This document shows, piece by piece, positions 9,642-18,773 of a DNA stretch of 64,000 bases (position 1 is its first letter; each line of letters begins with the position of its first letter). Where the stretch lies: positions 128,581 through 192,580 of the forward strand of contig CAWFCS010000001.1 in the NCBI GenBank assembly GCA_963814395.1. Reading direction: 5' to 3'. The notes beneath the pieces were generated by a model. The model was not told the origin of the DNA and did not search any database. It saw only the letters and a program-made list of their open reading frames with translations. The translations under genes were made by a program, and so were the position numbers. This DNA is from an uncultured Acidobacteriota bacterium. GTDB taxonomy: Bacteria; Acidobacteriota; Vicinamibacteria; Vicinamibacterales; UBA2999.

Positions 9642-10529
9642 ATGGTCATGCGTGGCCGAGATCACACCCGACGCGCGCAACGGGGGCGCATGGCTCTGGT
9701 CGGATTCTTTCTGCTGACCTTTGCGTTGACCTGGACGGCATGGCTAGCGCCCGCGGCGCTGGGGGCGCCAGGCGATTCCGGGTTCTTCGGTCTCGGCGGT
9801 CTGGTCTTCCTGTTGGGCGTCTTCGCGCCAGCGTTCGTGGCGCTCGCTCTTACCGTGTACGGCGAAGGTCGCGCGGGGGTTGCGCGACTGCTGGCGCGCA
9901 TCGGCAGGTGGCAGGTGGGCGCACACTTGTACCTGTTCGCGATCAGCTATATGGCGGCCACCAAGCTGTTCGCCGCCCTGGTACATCGAATTGCCACGGG
10001 CGTGTGGCCGAGTTTCGGCGGCACGCCGGTGCCCCTGATGCTCGGCGCGATACTGGTTTCGACCTGGGTGCAAGCTGGTGAGGAGGTGGGATGGAGGGGA
10101 TATGCGCTCCCGCGCCTCGCGACGCTCCTGGGCCTCGGCGGCGCGAGCGTTCTCCTCGGCGTCATGTGGGCGCTCTGGCACTTGCCGCTCTTCTTCCTGC
10201 ACGGCAGCGGGAGTGACGGCCAGTCGTTCCCGATCTACCTGCTACACGTGACCGCGCTTTCGGTGGCGATGTCCTGGCTGTACTGGAAGACCGAGGGCAG
10301 CCTACTGCTAGTGATGCTGATGCACGCCACCGTGAACAACACGACCGGCATCGTTCCCGCGGCCCTTCCCAACGCCGTGTCCCCCATGTCGTTCGAGGGC
10401 ACACTGGTGGCTTGGGTGACCGTCGCAGTATCTTCGGCGGTCGCCGCGCTGCTCCTGGCCCGAATGCGTGGAGCCGAGATCGGCGCGATGGTCGGCCCAG
10501 GCTCTCGCCAGTCTCAGCTCGGGGAATGA
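9642..10529 (+). CDS. CPBP-family intramembrane metalloprotease, 3' end replaced by IS3 insertion
   Basis: EEVGWRGYALPRL, LWHLP and HATVNN motifs. The stop TGA is the first 3 nt of the IS; the native end (..QLGEPVV*) resumes at 11781. Confidence 0.75.
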   Translation: MVMRGRDHTRRAQRGRMALVGFFLLTFALTWTAWLAPAALGAPGDSGFFGLGGLVFLLGVFAPAFVALALTVYGEGRAGVARLLARIGRWQVGAHLYLFAISYMAATKLFAALVHRIATGVWPSFGGTPVPLMLGAILVSTWVQAGEEVGWRGYALPRLATLLGLGGASVLLGVMWALWHLPLFFLHGSGSDGQSFPIYLLHVTALSVAMSWLYWKTEGSLLLVMLMHATVNNTTGIVPAALPNAVSPMSFEGTLVAWVTVAVSSAVAALLLARMRGAEIGAMVGPGSRQSQLGE

Positions 10530-10557
10530 GCTTGATCCAGTTTCGTGGACGGTTTAG

Positions 10558-11580
10558 CTACGCTGCTTGAGCGTGCCGACGCTCGAAGACCGCTGGGCTG
10601 ACTTGGCCCAGCGTCGAGTGCCGACGCTGCTGGTTATAGAACACTTCGATGTAATCGAACAGTTCCATCTTCGCGTCGCCGTAGCTCGCGAACTGGTCCG
10701 CCAGCTCGCTCTTGACGGTCGAGAAGAAGCTTTCCATCACAGCGTTATCCCAACAGTTGCCGCGGCGGCTCATGCTACACACGATCCCACGGGCGTCGAG
10801 GACGGCTTGGTCGTCCTCGCTCGCATACGTCGAGCCTTGATCCGAGTGATGCAGCAACCCGATCGCGGGGCATCGTCGCTTGAGCGCCATCTCGAGCGCC
10901 TTGATGGTCAGGTGGCGATCGTTCGCGGCACTCACAGCCCAGCCGACGACGAACCGCGAGAACAGGTCGAGGATCACGGCCAGGTAGAGCTTGCTGCTGG
11001 TGCCGATGACGAACTCCGTCGTGTCGCCGACCCAGCGCTGATTCGGGGCCTCCACCTTGAATTGCCGATCGAGGAGGTTGTCGGCGACCGGTTGATCGTG
11101 GTCGCTCATTGTCGTGTGCTTGTACCGCCTTCGCACCCGCGCCTTCAGGCCGTCGGCTTGCATCAAGCGCACGACGCGCTTCCGGCTGACCTGCTCGTGG
11201 AGCTCGATAAGATCCTCGTGGATGCGCGGACTCCCGTACCGGTGTTTGCTGGCCTCGAAGGAGGCGCGGATGAGGACTTGTAAGCGGCGATCGTCGATGC
11301 GGTGCGCGGACTCCGACCGACCCCGCCATGCGTAGAACCCGCTCGTCGTGACACGGAGATTGCGACACAGAGCGACGACGGGGAAGGTGGCCTTCTCCAG
11401 GGCGATCCACGCAAACGTCACGCGTGGTCCCTCACGAAGAAGGCCGCGGCTTTTACGAGGATCTCCCGATCCTGCCGGAGCTGCCGATTCTCTTTCCGCA
11501 AGCGGACCAACTCCTCGCGCTCGGCCGTGGTCACGCCGGTCTTGCCCGCCGTGCGATCGGCGCGCGCGTGCTCCACCCAC
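10558..11580 (-). CDS. IS3-family transposase OrfB (DDE integrase-like)
   Basis: ..NQRWVGDTTEF..LAVILDLFSR..HHSDQGSTY..NCWDNAVMESFF. Overlaps OrfA; probably expressed by -1 frameshift. Confidence 0.85.
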   Translation of the reverse strand: MGGARARRSHGGQDRRDHGRARGVGPLAERESAAPAGSGDPRKSRGLLREGPRVTFAWIALEKATFPVVALCRNLRVTTSGFYAWRGRSESAHRIDDRRLQVLIRASFEASKHRYGSPRIHEDLIELHEQVSRKRVVRLMQADGLKARVRRRYKHTTMSDHDQPVADNLLDRQFKVEAPNQRWVGDTTEFVIGTSSKLYLAVILDLFSRFVVGWAVSAANDRHLTIKALEMALKRRCPAIGLLHHSDQGSTYASEDDQAVLDARGIVCSMSRRGNCWDNAVMESFFSTVKSELADQFASYGDAKMELFDYIEVFYNQQRRHSTLGQVSPAVFERRHAQAA

Positions 11581-11762
11581 GCACGGAAGGCCGTTTCGGT
11601 CAGGTCCAACTCGCGGGCCACCGCCGCGACCGTCCGACCTTCATCGAGGACCAACCGCACGGCCCCCGCTTTGAACTCCTCCGTGAACTGTCGCCGTGCC
11701 CGTCGCCCCGTCTTGCCTGATTCCATTCTGGCCATCGTATCCCCCTCTGGAAAGATGTCCAC
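11418..11762 (-). CDS. IS3-family transposase OrfA (HTH)
   Basis: Identical to 978..1322. Confidence 0.85.
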   Translation of the reverse strand: MDIFPEGDTMARMESGKTGRRARRQFTEEFKAGAVRLVLDEGRTVAAVARELDLTETAFRAWVEHARADRTAGKTGVTTAEREELVRLRKENRQLRQDREILVKAAAFFVRDHA

Positions 11763-11844
11763 GAAACTGGATCAAGCTCAGAACCGGTTGTATGACAAGC
11801 GGCTGTCACGATCCTCAGACTGCCGAAATCCTGCCGCGGATGCG

Positions 11845-11908
11845 GGCTAACAACCGGTTGCAGCGGACGGTCCGCCGCGCGGCCCGCCGCTGAACCGGAG
11901 CGTTAGGC
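11845..11908 (+). repeat. attC site, family E
   Basis: 64 bp, GGCTAAC...GTTAGGC. Arms AACCGGTTGCAGCGGACGG / CCGCTGAACCGG. Confidence 0.8.
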
Positions 11909-11928
11909 GCACTTGAACGAGCACGGCG

Positions 11929-11958
11929 TTGCTTGCCTACAGAGGTATCGCATATGAT
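11929..11958 (+). promoter_or_regulatory. candidate promoter TTGCTT-18-TATGAT with operator-like palindrome
   Basis: The -10 ends 6 nt before GTG 11965. GGTATC-gcatat-GATACC (11944..11961) overlaps the -10. Confidence 0.5.
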
Positions 11959-11964
11959 ACCGAC

Positions 11965-12384
11965 GTGAAACCTCGAATCGTGCTCGACACGAACGTGGTG
12001 GTGGCCGGCATCCGGTCGAGTCTCGGTGCATCGAATCGAGTGCTGTCGTTGGTCGGTACCGGCCAGTTTGTGCATGCGGTGTCGGTAGCGTTGTTGTTCG
12101 AGTACGAGTCGGCCGTGGTTCGTCCGGAGGCCGGCGTTCGATTGCCCAGGGCTGTGGTCGACGACGTGCTGGACTATCTGTGTTCCACCGCCGAGCGTCA
12201 GCGAATCTACTTCCTTTGGCGACCGATGTTGCCTGATCCGAGCGACGATCTTGTGCTGGAAGTCGCCGCGCACGGGCGGTGTGACCGGATCGTGACGTTC
12301 AACGTTCGCGACTTTCGCGGGTCGGAGCGATTTGGCATTCGCGCCCTGACACCCGCGGCCTTTCTACGATCACTCGAGGAATAA
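11965..12384 (+). CDS. PIN-domain toxin
   Basis: VKPRIVLDTNVVVAG.. and ..PDPSDDLVLEVAAHG..IVTFNVRDF. Confidence 0.7.
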   Translation: MKPRIVLDTNVVVAGIRSSLGASNRVLSLVGTGQFVHAVSVALLFEYESAVVRPEAGVRLPRAVVDDVLDYLCSTAERQRIYFLWRPMLPDPSDDLVLEVAAHGRCDRIVTFNVRDFRGSERFGIRALTPAAFLRSLEE

Positions 12385-12386
12385 TC

Positions 12387-12714
12387 ATGAGCGCATTGAG
12401 CCTTCGACTGCCGAACTCGTTGCATGAGCGGGCACGCGACTTGGCCCGTCGTGAGGGCGTGTCGATCAATCAACTGGTAGCTTCGGCGCTGGCCGAGAAG
12501 ATGTCGGCGTTGCTGACCGAGGAGTACCCTCGACGCACGGGCAAAGCGGGGGTCACGCGCGCGGTTCCTCGCGGCGTTGGCCCAAGTGCCCGCCATTGAA
12601 CCAGATCCGGAAGACCGGTTGCCGACGGCGGCGCCTAGCAGGCGCTTGCAGCCGACGAAGGCGCGTCAGAAGGCTGGGCTGAAGCCACGACCGCGAACGC
12701 GCCTTCGCGGCTGA
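12387..12714 (+). pseudogene. RHH/HicB-like antitoxin, apparent 1-nt insertion
   Basis: MSALSLRLPNSLHERARDLARREGVSINQLVASALAEKMSALLTEEY, then the expected LDARAKRGSRARFLAALAQVPAIEPDPEDRL continues in the +1 frame (ccc run near 12527). The corrected ORF stops at a TGA inside the attC. Confidence 0.6.
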
Positions 12715-12731
12715 AGCGCATTGCGTTAGCC
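12633..12731 (+). repeat. attC site, family B variant
   Basis: 99 bp, GCCTAGC...GTTAGCC. Arms GGCGCTTGCAGCCGACGAAGGCGCG / CGCGCCTTCGCGGCTGAAGCGC. Confidence 0.7.
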
Positions 12732-12762
12732 GAAGCTGAACGTGGCGTGTTGCCAGTAAAGC

Positions 12763-12771
12763 TGGCACAAT
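12763..12771 (+). promoter_or_regulatory. candidate extended -10 (TGgCACAAT), 6 nt before GTG start
   Basis: No SD before 12778. Confidence 0.4.
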
Positions 12772-12777
12772 CGCCAG

Positions 12778-13020
12778 GTGAGTCCCACGGTGCTGCAGAC
12801 CGGCCCGTACCGGCTGTTCTTCTTCTCGAGCGATCGTGGTGAACCCGTGCACGTGCACGTGGCGCGCGACCGCAAGGCCGCGAAGGTCTGGCTGGCGCCG
12901 GTGCGTGCCGAGTACAACCGCGGGTTCACGAAGGCGGAACTGGCGAAGGTAGCGGCGTTGGTGCGCGAGCACGAAGCCGCGATTCAGAGGGCCTGGCATG
13001 AGTACTTCGGCAGCAACTGA
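12778..13020 (+). CDS. DUF4160-family protein
   Basis: ..GPYRLFFFSSDRGEPVHVHVARD.. Confidence 0.7.
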   Translation: MSPTVLQTGPYRLFFFSSDRGEPVHVHVARDRKAAKVWLAPVRAEYNRGFTKAELAKVAALVREHEAAIQRAWHEYFGSN

Positions 13021-13375
13021 CGTTCCCGTGGCGACCGAGGTGAGGGTCACGGGCGATGCACTGGTGGTGGCCCTTCGCGATGGCCGTGTCGTGTCGGTTC
13101 CGCTCACATGGTATCCACGCCTGGCGGCGGCGACGCCGAGCGAGCGTCGACAGTGGGAGTTGATCGGACCCGGCCTTGGTATTCACTGGCCCGCCATCGA
13201 CGAAGACGTGTCGGTTGACGCGCTGCTGGCTGGGCAGGGCTCGAACGAGAGCGTGCGGTCGTTGCGTCGTTGGCAGGCGGCGCGAGCACGCCCGGCTAAC
13301 AAGGCGTTGCAGCCGACGAGCCGCGCCCAGCAGTCAGCCAAAGCGAAGCGACCTCTACGCGCGGCTCGCGGCTGA
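12998..13375 (+). CDS. DUF2442-family protein with attC-encoded tail
   Basis: ..ALRDGRVVSVPLTWYPRL..ATPSERRQWELIGPGLGIHWPAIDEDVS. The last ~27 aa (NKALQPTSRA..RAARG) are read from the attC. Confidence 0.65.
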   Translation: MSTSAATDVPVATEVRVTGDALVVALRDGRVVSVPLTWYPRLAAATPSERRQWELIGPGLGIHWPAIDEDVSVDALLAGQGSNESVRSLRRWQAARARPANKALQPTSRAQQSAKAKRPLRAARG

Positions 13376-13392
13376 ACGCCGCTGCGTTAGCC
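13294..13392 (+). repeat. attC site, family B
   Basis: 99 bp, GGCTAAC...GTTAGCC. Confidence 0.85.
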
Positions 13393-13408
13393 GAAGGACG
13401 AACGGACG

Positions 13409-13950
13409 ATGAAGACATGGGAGGTGACACTCTATCGTTGGGAACGGTCTGAACCTGTGGAAGGTGTCTCGTTCCTCCCGCAGGATCGCGTTGTCATCCT
13501 CGCTGGAACCTTCGCCGGTCGCATGGGCACCGTCGTCGGCTTAAGCAAGGGGCCGCCGGAGCCCGCCTACGAGGTGGAGTTGGAGGACGGCACGCGGACT
13601 GGGTTAGGTGGGTCCGCTCTCGGTAGCCCCGTCCCGAACGACGTTGGTCAACATATTGCCTGGATTCAAGAGTGGGTACGCTGCTCGATGTGATGGGGAC
13701 TGGGAACATCAGAGTGGCTTGACACTGGAAACGCTCGACAATCCAGGCTGGTCGCTCAAGGTGGATCTTGAGGGTACCGACCTCGAGGGGAAGTCATTCG
13801 CACCCATTCGAGATCGGCGAACCCGAGAGGGCATGGCTGGCCTGCGAGCTCGATGGCACCACGTGGAGCGGCGCAGGCGGACCCCACATGCTGGGGTTGA
13901 TCCTGGCCACGTTCGTCAGGTGGGCCCGCAGCACGGGCCCCTCCGCCTAA
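13409..13950 (+). pseudogene. Imm53-like immunity-domain protein with small N-terminal beta-rich domain, two frame changes
   Basis: ..IAWIQEW / YAARCDGDWEHQSGLTLETLDNPGWSLKVDLEGTDLEGKSF / ..EIGEPERAWLACELDGTTWSGAGGPHMLGLILATFVRWA lie in three successive frames. Confidence 0.5.
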
Positions 13951-14022
13951 CATCCGCTTGCAGCCGACGGCAGCCCGCGGGATCGACGAGGCCGCTGCGG
14001 CTGAAGCGGCGTGCCGTTAGGC
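13945..14022 (+). repeat. attC site, family A variant
   Basis: 78 bp, GCCTAAC...GTTAGGC. Arms CCGCTTGCAGCCGACGG / GCGGCTGAAGCGG. Confidence 0.8.
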
Positions 14023-14055
14023 TTCTCTAGAAGCATCGGAATAGCGCGATTAGGA

Positions 14056-14460
14056 GTGCGGCTTATCGAATTCATCTTCGAGGTGGTCGCCGGACTGATC
14101 TGGGAGATCTGCCTTCAGGTTGTTGGCGAGGCGCTGTTCGAACTCGGCTTTCACTCGCTCGGCGAAGGGTTCCGCCGGCGCGAGCGCGCGCATCCCGTCT
14201 TGGCCGGCGTTGGCATCAGCCTGTGGGGCGGGCTGGGTGGAGTGGCAAGCAGCATGCTGTGGCCGTCCCGCGTGTGGACCAGCGCATTGCTACCAGGCGC
14301 GAGCCTGTTGCTTTCGCCTCTGTTGAACGGCGCGGCAATGGAATTCTACGGGCGTTGGCGCACGCGGCACGGCGGACCGCGGTCGTACATCGCCACCTAC
14401 TGGGGCGGGGCGCTCTTCGCGTTCTCGATGGCTGTGGCTCGATTCGTCTGGATCGAATAG
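14056..14460 (+). CDS. small multi-pass membrane protein (paralog of fragment at 1341..1571)
   Basis: Start GTG chosen after the attC end with AGGAG adjacent. Hydrophobic segments. C-terminus ..IATYWGGALFAFSMAVARF. Confidence 0.5.
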   Translation: MRLIEFIFEVVAGLIWEICLQVVGEALFELGFHSLGEGFRRRERAHPVLAGVGISLWGGLGGVASSMLWPSRVWTSALLPGASLLLSPLLNGAAMEFYGRWRTRHGGPRSYIATYWGGALFAFSMAVARFVWIE

Positions 14461-16014
14461 TGATTCGAAGCCTCCTAAGAAACTGCTCCCTCGACGACCT
14501 CGCCGGTCGCGAGGTTGATCAGGCCAAATCCGAGATGCTCGGCGCGTTGCCGGAGGCGGCGGACGACGCGGGTGCGGTCGCTGCGCATCGTAGGCCTCGG
14601 CGCCGGGTCGACGTAGACGAGGTGGTCTTTGAGCGTGCGATAGACCAGGATGGCGAGCTTGCGCGCGGTGGCGGTGATGGCTTTGGCCTTGCCGATGCGG
14701 AAGGCCACGCGCCGATAGAAGGCGCCGAGGGCGGTCTGGGTGCGGCCGAGATTCATGGCGGCCAGGCGGAGGATCGCCGCGGCGCGATTCGCGGAGGGCT
14801 GCGTCCGGCTGCTGAGGAGGCGGCCGCCGGAGATCTTGTTCTGCGGCGCGAGGGTCAGCCACGACGTGAAGTGCTTCTCGGTGGGCCAGCGCGTCATGTC
14901 GGTGCCAATCTCCGACAGCAGGCGGAGCGCGTTGTAGGGCCCGATGCCGTCGATCTGGGAGAGGTCGACGCCGGTGAGCTGGTGGAGCGGGCGTCCGGAC
15001 ATCGAAGCGCGGTTCGTTGTCGCGCGGCTTCTGCGGCGCCGCGCGGCGGGCAGCGGGGTCGGCGGCGGCGCGGTGGTCGCGGCGAGCTGGGCGAGGTGCG
15101 CTTCGAGGGCGCGCATCGCACGCCGTCGAGTTGCCGCTGATAGGTGTCGAAGAGTTCGAGATTCTGCTGCAGGACGAAGACGTGTTCGGGGCGATAGTTG
15201 CCGGTCAGGGCGGCGACGATCTCGGCCTCGGACGCGTGACACCGATAGTCCCGATGCTGGGCGAGCTGCTGCGGGTCGCGCTGGCCGGCGACGATGTCGC
15301 GCAGGATCCGCAGGCCGGTCACGCCGGTGATGTCGCTGACGACAGCGGGAGCTGCACGTTCATCTGGACCAACGCCTTCTGCATGCGTTGGACGAGCGCC
15401 CCCGCGCTCTCGATGAGCGTGGTCCGGTGCCGGAGATAGCCGCGCAAGCGCGACGATGCCGTCGGCCGGGCGGAAGCTGCCGCGCAGCAAGCCGAGGATG
15501 TGGAGGTCGCGGAGCCACTCGCAGTCCGAGACATCACTCTTGCGGCCCGGGAGATTCTTGACGTGCCGCGCGTTGACGAGGATCACCTGGAACCCACGCG
15601 CCTCGAGGATCTCGAAGATCGGAATCCAGTAGACGCCGGTGGCTTCCATCGCCACGTGGGTGATGCGGCACGCCGTGAGCCAGTCGGCGAGCCGGTGGAG
15701 ATCGCCGGTGAACGTCGGAAACGATTGCACCGGCGTCGGGTCGCGATCCGGCGGCACGGCGACGAAGTGCTCGGCGGATCCGCAGTCGATGCCGGCGGCG
15801 TGCGGATGGAGCCGCTCCAGGGCGGCGGGAGACGCGGGGCTTGGGAGCACGACGACGGGTCTGGCGCTTCACGGAGGCTCCTTTACACTGACGCAGCCTC
15901 CGGGAACAGGGATGCGGATGAGAGGCAATCTCCTAAACGGGATCACGCCGCGTCGAACGGCGTGTCACCAATGACGATGCCGCGAATCCCCGGACCACGC
16001 TAACCAGCGGGCTC
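14461..16014 (-). mobile_element. IS110-family element (degenerate; boundaries approximate)
   Basis: The transposase remnant fills the region. No inverted repeats seen, as is usual for IS110. Begins within 14 nt of the cassette gene stop. Confidence 0.6.
14475..15850 (-). pseudogene. IS110-family transposase, at least 3 frameshifts
   Basis: N-terminal AGIDCGSAEHFVAV..VAMEATGVYW and C-terminal LTGVDLSQIDGIGPYNALRLLSEIG..LTLAPQNKISGG are spread over alternating frames. Confidence 0.8.
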
Positions 16015-16249
16015 TGTGCACCAGTGCCGGGTCGGTCTCGGTTCCCGGAGTGCGCGGCGTCAACTACTATTGCCGGTCGGCGACAACTATTTCTGCCGGC
16101 GAAGGGTCAGCGAAGGAGCCGTGCCCACCACCGGGCGCGACTCGGGTGTGATCGTCGGCTGGTGGGTAGCCGGAAAGACCCTGAGGGCCGGAGCGCCGCC
16201 AGGCGCGGAGGCCCCCGTCGAGGGCACGCCCCCTGCCTGGAGGTTCGGG

Positions 16250-17044
16250 TCATGCGGCCGGTTCCGCGCTGGGGCGCGTGGGGCCCTTGCCGCGGCGTTT
16301 CGCGTGCTCGGTCCGAAAACTGGGGACATCGAATTCCAGCAGCACCGAGTGATGCACCAAGCGATCGATCGCCGCGGCGGTCGCCATCTGGTCGCGGAAG
16401 ATCCGGTCCCACTGCGCGAAGATCAGATTGCTGGTGATGAAGACCGAGCGGCGCTCGTAGCGTTCGGCGAGGAGCGTGAAGAGAATCTCGGCTTCCTCGG
16501 GACTCTGCTGGACGTAGCCCACGTCGTCGAGGATCAGCACGGCGAACTGATCGAGTTTGCGGAGGGCGCGCGGCAGCTCCAGGTCGCGCTTCGCGGCCAA
16601 GAGGTCCTGCACGAGGTTATAGGTCGGCATGAAGAGGACGGCGTGGCCGCGCTCGATGAGGGCGTGGCCGACGGCGCACATCGCGTGGCTCTTGCCGACG
16701 CCGGGCAGGCCGAAGGCCAACACATTGGTCGCGTCGTCGAGGAAGTCGCCGTCGGCGAGCTCGTGGAGGCGGCGCACCAGCGTCGGCGGCAAGCGCCCCT
16801 CGTCCAGGGTGGCGAACGTCTTCCCCGGCGGCAGCTTCGAGGCGCGGCGTAACCGCGTGATGCGACGTTCGTGGCGCTCGTCGGCCTCGAGCTGCAGGAC
16901 GTCCAAGAGCACCGGGAGGGCGGGCTGCTGCTCCGCGCTGACGAACCGCGACACCAATTCGCGCGCGGCCGTCGTGAGCGTGAATCCGGTCAGCAGGGTC
17001 GTGATCTGATCGCCGATGGTGCGCGTCGAGACGGGGCGGCTCAT
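16250..17044 (-). CDS. istB: IS21-family helper ATPase IstB
   Basis: GLPGVGKSHAM Walker A and LILDDVGY Walker B. Starts at MSRPVSTR, overlapping the istA stop. Confidence 0.85.
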   Translation of the reverse strand: MSRPVSTRTIGDQITTLLTGFTLTTAARELVSRFVSAEQQPALPVLLDVLQLEADERHERRITRLRRASKLPPGKTFATLDEGRLPPTLVRRLHELADGDFLDDATNVLAFGLPGVGKSHAMCAVGHALIERGHAVLFMPTYNLVQDLLAAKRDLELPRALRKLDQFAVLILDDVGYVQQSPEEAEILFTLLAERYERRSVFITSNLIFAQWDRIFRDQMATAAAIDRLVHHSVLLEFDVPSFRTEHAKRRGKGPTRPSAEPAA

Positions 17045-18526
17045 GCGGCCGCTCCGGTCCGGAGCGCATCGTAGACCGCGAGATCGGGCCGCGGAATGTG
17101 AATGACCGGCACGACGCAGACGGGCGGCGCGACCTGCGCCTGCACGGTGACGTAGTCGAACCCGCCGATCTGATCGAGCACGCCGGCGAGGACGACCGCG
17201 ACGCGCGCTTCTCCCGTCGTGGCCGCCAGCTGCAGGATCCGCAGGTACTCCACGTCGGCGCGCTCGCCATGCGTGCGCACGAGCGCGTCGTACGCCCGCC
17301 GGAAGAGGACCGACGGATAGAGGTCTTCCCGATAGCGATACCGCGCGAACGCGCCGGGCTTGCGCACCAACCACCCGATGACATGGCGGTAGTCGATGCG
17401 ATGCTCGTCGCCCTTGCGCAACCGCGGCATCGTCTGCACGACCTGGCCCCGGTACCGGACCTCGACGACATTGGGGTGCACGCGCGCTTCGACCGTGTGG
17501 CCCATCAACTGCGCCGGCACGGAGTAGGTGCGGTGCGCGACGCGCACCGTGCTCCACCGCCGCACGACCGGGTAATAGGTCGTGTAGCTCGGAATCGCGG
17601 CGGAGGGCAGGGCGCGGAGCGCCGGCCGCTCCTCGGCCAGGCGGGCGGCCACCGGCCGGTTGCGCCAGTACGCGACCACCTCCTGGACGAAGGCCTCGTA
17701 CGCGGCGAGGTCCGCGAAGTCGGCATGCCCTCGCACCAGCAGCGCCTGCGCGACCAGCGACTTGAGGCGGCGATGCGCTTGCTCGGCGACGCCGTTTTCG
17801 TGCGCCTTGCCCGGCGTGATCCGGCTCGAGCGCATCCCGTAGTGCTCGAGCACGGCGCGGAACCGCGTCGTCAGGTCGCGCCCCCCACTCGCTTTCAGCT
17901 CGTGCGTCGCGGCCGACAGATTGTCGCTCCGCAGGATCGTCCGGCGCGCCCCCCAGCGCCCACAGGGCGCCTTGGACGCCGGCGACCAGCGCCTCGAACG
18001 TCTCCCCGAACGCCACCGCCACCCACGTCCAGTGGCTGTAACTGAGCACGAACTCAAAGAGCAGGTGCGGAAACGGATCGCCGGCGATCGTCACGCCGAG
18101 CTCGGCGCCATGCGTGAAGTCGATCGCCGCCTCGCGCCCGGGGACGGCGACTTGCTCGAAGAACACCTCGGGCTCGACGCCGTGCCGCGCCCGCCAGTCG
18201 CGAAAGCGTCGCTGCAGCGTCCGCGCCTGCCCGGCCTGGAACTGCTCGGGATACCGCGTCCGCAACACCTCCAGCACCAGCTTCGCCTCGAGGACGCCCT
18301 TGACGTCGCGCCGCAGCAGCGGCTCGACGTCCGTCAGCCAGACCGCCGCAAAGGGATCCGGGCGCGTCCGCCAGTCCCGGATCTGGGTCGTGGCCGACGG
18401 CGCCGGCCCCGTGTCCCACTCCCGCGCCGTCCGGAGACTCATGCTACTGGCGGCCGCCGCGGCCGCCTGGGTCTTGCCATTCATACGTGTCTGCCTCATC
18501 AGCCGAACCTGCGCATCCGTGACCAT
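17041..18526 (-). pseudogene. istA: IS21-family transposase IstA, one frameshift
   Basis: The N-terminal 200 aa (MVTDAQVRLMRQ..FEFVLSYSHWTWV) is in one frame and the rest (..ILRSDNLSAATHEL..) in another. The shift is near 17930. Confidence 0.8.
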
Positions 18527-18674
18527 TGATCACAGGCTGGCACAGCCGGCCAGGCCGACCCCGAAGCGGCAGATCTAGTTGTCGCCGGGCACCGGAGGCT
18601 CGTGATCATACCGGCGGTGGCGTCCCACCCAGTTTCTCGCGTGACGAATCGCGATGGCATCGCGAGGGCCGCTA

Positions 18675-18758
18675 CCATCACATGAACCCGGCGGCGTTCA
18701 GCTTCTGTGGCATCATCCGGGCGTTGGTGGCGCCGCGGGTTATGCGCGGTCGTTGGGC
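18675..18758 (+). repeat. divergent attC-like site
   Basis: 84 bp, CCATCAC...GTTGGGC. aacccggcggcg pairs with cgccgcgggtt with one extra base on the 5' arm. Weak R''. Confidence 0.4.
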
Positions 18759-18773
18759 TGACAAACGAACGAA

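Larger units (their letters stand above)
10527..11780 (-). mobile_element. IS3-family insertion sequence, copy 2 (intact)
   Basis: Same termini as copy 1. Flanked by a 3-bp direct repeat GAA. Confidence 0.9.
16015..18600 (-). mobile_element. IS21-family insertion sequence (copy B; boundaries approximate)
   Basis: Subterminal repeats ggcgacaactatttctgccgg (about 16078) and its complement cggcagatctagttgtcgcc (about 18571). istA-istB with ATGA overlap. Confidence 0.7.

Noticed and set aside
16250-18526. A 758-aa ORF as a single fused IstA-IstB protein
   Set aside because: Only its N-terminal ~200 aa (IstA) and C-terminal 264 aa (IstB) look like real protein. The middle is Arg/Ala-rich out-of-frame translation of istA, whose real sequence is in the 17041..18057 frame.
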